Below, piece by piece: positions 61,699-64,000 of a stretch of DNA of 64,000 bases. A model generated the notes under the pieces. That model worked only from the letters and a program-made list of their open reading frames with translations. It made no database searches and had not been told where the DNA came from. How positions within the stretch are numbered: position 1 is the stretch's first letter; every line of letters starts with the position of its first letter. The stretch lies in contig CAVYIM010000004.1 of NCBI GenBank assembly GCA_963768655.1, positions 1-64,000 of the forward strand. The letters are read 5' to 3'. This DNA comes from an uncultured Chloroflexia bacterium. Its GTDB lineage: Bacteria > Chloroflexota > Limnocylindria > Limnocylindrales > CSP1-4. Both the position numbers and the translations under genes were made by a program.

Positions 61699-62019
61699 CT
61701 ACGCGCCCTGGGCGTGGACCGCCCGGAAGCAGTCGGAGCAGTAGACCGGCCGATCCATGTGCGGCTTGAACGGCACCTGGGCCTGATTGCCGCAGCGCGA
61801 GCAAACCACCGCGAAATACTCGCGCGGCCCATTGCCCGCGCTGCCGCGGATCGCACCTTCCCCCGACTCCCTCATCGACCGTCTCGAGGCCCGACAGCTC
61901 GGGCAGCGCTTGGGGTCCGAGACGAACCCCTTCTGTGCGTAGAACTCCTGATCTTCGGCCGAGTGCACGAACTCGGCACCGCAGTCGACGCAGGTGAGTG
62001 TCCGATCGGCGTAGGCCAC
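61699..62019 (-). CDS. Zinc-ribbon protein (zf-trcl plus CxxC-x17-CxxC domain)
   Basis: DRTLTCVDCGAEF...EDQEFYAQKGF...PKRCPSC; CSRCG...VPFKP...PVYCSDCF; GGAGGAG RBS. Confidence 0.9.
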   Translation of the reverse strand: MAYADRTLTCVDCGAEFVHSAEDQEFYAQKGFVSDPKRCPSCRASRRSMRESGEGAIRGSAGNGPREYFAVVCSRCGNQAQVPFKPHMDRPVYCSDCFRAVHAQGA

Positions 62020-62530
62020 TTTCTCCTCCCGGAGGCTCGAGTTGTCCGCACCGACGGGTCCCGGATGCAGGCGAAGCCCGGCTGTGCCGGGACGCCAACG
62101 CTCAGCTATGGGGCTCGCGGCGATCCGGCCAACGGCTATTCGGCTCAGTGGTGCCTGTGTGGGACGCACCGGTAGGCCGGGAGAATACCATGGCCCATCC
62201 GACGCTCAACTCGCTGTTCCGAACCAGGCCCGGGCCCCGGGACAGAAGCGTTTGGACGGGCCGCGAGGGCGTCGAATCGGTTCGCCGCAGCGGTTCTGGA
62301 ACAACTCGCGGGGCGGCTCGACGGCGTTCCTGCAGCGCGTCGCCACGGATCTTTCGTGCACGTTGCATCTCCCGGCCTCGAACCTGGCACAATCGCTGAG
62401 TCGGCCGTCGCGACAGCACACGCCGCGCGGTCGAAACAGGCGCCGAATCCGTCGACTAGACTGCGCAAACCCGCTATTGAGTACCGGGCGCGACAACTAG
62501 GGGTCCGGGGCTGAGAGAGCCAGAGGCCCG

Positions 62531-63808
62531 ATGCTTCGTCTTCTACACACCGCCGACGTCCACCTGGGGGCGCGGCACACAGATCTGGGTGAGCGCGCCG
62601 CGGTTCTACGCGAGCGCCAGTTCACCGCGTTCAGGGTCACGATCGATCTGGCCGTCGTCGAGGCGGTCGATCTGGTGCTGATCGCGGGCGATCTGTTCGA
62701 CTCGAACACGCAGCCTCGCCGGTCAGTGGAGCGCGTGGCCGCAGAACTGGCCCGTCTCGCCAAAGCTTCCATTCGAACGGTCATCATCCCGGGAACTCAC
62801 GACGTCTACGACGGCGCTTCGATATACAGGTCCTACGATCTGGCGGCCATGGCTCGAACCAGCGCGGAATGGGTCACCGTCCTGACGCCCGAGCAGCCGA
62901 ACGTCTGGCTACCCTCGCTCGACGCGGTGGTTCACGGCCGAGTCTTCAGTACCAAGCGCGCGCCCAAGAGCCCGCTGGACGGTTTCGATGCCCGCATGGA
63001 TCGACGCGCGACATGGCGCATCGGGATGGTTCACGGGGCCCTTGCGATCCCCGGCAAGACGGATGGCGACGAAGTTGTCTTCACCGAGGACGAGATTGCC
63101 AAGACGGGGCTCGACTACTTGGCCCTTGGTCACTGGCACTCCGCCATCGAAGGTCGGGCTGGGAACGTCACGTACGCATACTCAGGCGCGCCGGAGCCCG
63201 TTGCGATCGACCAGGATGGCGCCGGCCAGGTCCTGATCGTCAGTCTCGAAGAGCGAGGCGGTCGCCATCAGGTTTCCATCGAGCCAAAGCGCGTCGGCCA
63301 GACCCGCAGCGAGAAGCTCGAGCTGGACGTCAGCGCGATCCACTCCCAACCTGCCTTGATCGACACGATCGGCCGGCACGCCGACTCAAACCTCGTCCTG
63401 GACGTGCGTCTGACCGGCTTTCTGCCGGATACCCTGGATCTGGATCTGGACGAGGTCGAACGGGCCCTGGCGCCCGGGTTCCTGCGGTTCCGAATTCGCG
63501 ACGCGTCCATCCCTGCCGCTCCGGAGGGAGCCGCGGCGCCGCCGGACACGGTCATAGGGGCGTTCGTACGGAACATCGAGACCCGGATCGCCGAGTTGGA
63601 GAAGGCCGTGGCGGAGACGGGCTCCAAATCCGCTGCTGCGGGGCGTGGCGCGACGGCAGCTCCGACCGAGTCGGCCTCGTCCGACGGCGGCGGTAAACGA
63701 GGCCAGGCCGCGACTCCGGGCCAGGATCCGGCCGAAGAGCTGGCCGACCTTCGCGAGGTGCTGCGCCTGGGGCGCCACCTCCTCGAAGGCCGCCCGGTGA
63801 CCCTGTGA
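62531..63808 (+). CDS. sbcD: SbcD/Mre11-family DNA repair exonuclease
   Basis: HTADVHLG, IAGDLFD, PGTHD, YLALGHWH, YSGAPE. Confidence 0.88.
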   Translation: MLRLLHTADVHLGARHTDLGERAAVLRERQFTAFRVTIDLAVVEAVDLVLIAGDLFDSNTQPRRSVERVAAELARLAKASIRTVIIPGTHDVYDGASIYRSYDLAAMARTSAEWVTVLTPEQPNVWLPSLDAVVHGRVFSTKRAPKSPLDGFDARMDRRATWRIGMVHGALAIPGKTDGDEVVFTEDEIAKTGLDYLALGHWHSAIEGRAGNVTYAYSGAPEPVAIDQDGAGQVLIVSLEERGGRHQVSIEPKRVGQTRSEKLELDVSAIHSQPALIDTIGRHADSNLVLDVRLTGFLPDTLDLDLDEVERALAPGFLRFRIRDASIPAAPEGAAAPPDTVIGAFVRNIETRIAELEKAVAETGSKSAAAGRGATAAPTESASSDGGGKRGQAATPGQDPAEELADLREVLRLGRHLLEGRPVTL

Positions 63809-63821
63809 GGGCGGTGCTGCT

Positions 63822-64000
63822 GTGAGGATCCTTCGTATCCAGCTGAAGGACTTCGGCCGGCATCGCGAGCTCAACCTCGAGCTGGCGCCGGGGTTCACGA
63901 TCATTCGCGGCCCGAACGAGGCCGGCAAGTCGACCATTCAGCGTGGCATCGAGCTGGCCCTGTTCCGAAAGGCGACTGCCACCGGCACAGAGCTCGACAC
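63822..64000 (+). CDS. SbcC/Rad50-like SMC ATPase, partial (runs off right edge)
   Basis: Manual translation MRILRIQLKDFGRH...GFTIIRGPNEAGKSTI (Walker A), 13 nt after sbcD. Confidence 0.85.
   Translation, partial: MRILRIQLKDFGRHRELNLELAPGFTIIRGPNEAGKSTIQRGIELALFRKATATGTELD

Overview
High-GC bacterial chromosome segment. The gene set and order (rph-rdgB-mazG-PPIase, radC-mreB-mreC, UPF0182, many zinc-ribbon membrane proteins) look Chloroflexota-like; this is inference. Most of the window is housekeeping and envelope genes: a frameshifted galK-like kinase, a class V aminotransferase, a GH1, a Wbp-type UDP-diacetamido-uronic acid cluster, two large secreted proteins sharing a triple C-terminal domain, rfbABDC, mreBC, radC, guaA, metH, a TrxB-like reductase and sbcD/sbcC. 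The standout is 7.2-10.4 kb. An intact tRNA-Pro(TGG) on the minus strand is followed by two displaced copies of its 5' half. These delimit two small tandem cassettes (1375 and 1701 bp) with no integrase and conserved end sequences. Each cassette brings a replacement tRNA 5' half with a promoter and one self-contained regulatory gene pair (PadR + HAAS membrane protein; ECF sigma + anti-sigma). This looks like an integron-like, tRNA-anchored array of non-autonomous cassettes. Start codons and family calls come from reading motifs by eye, not from database searches.
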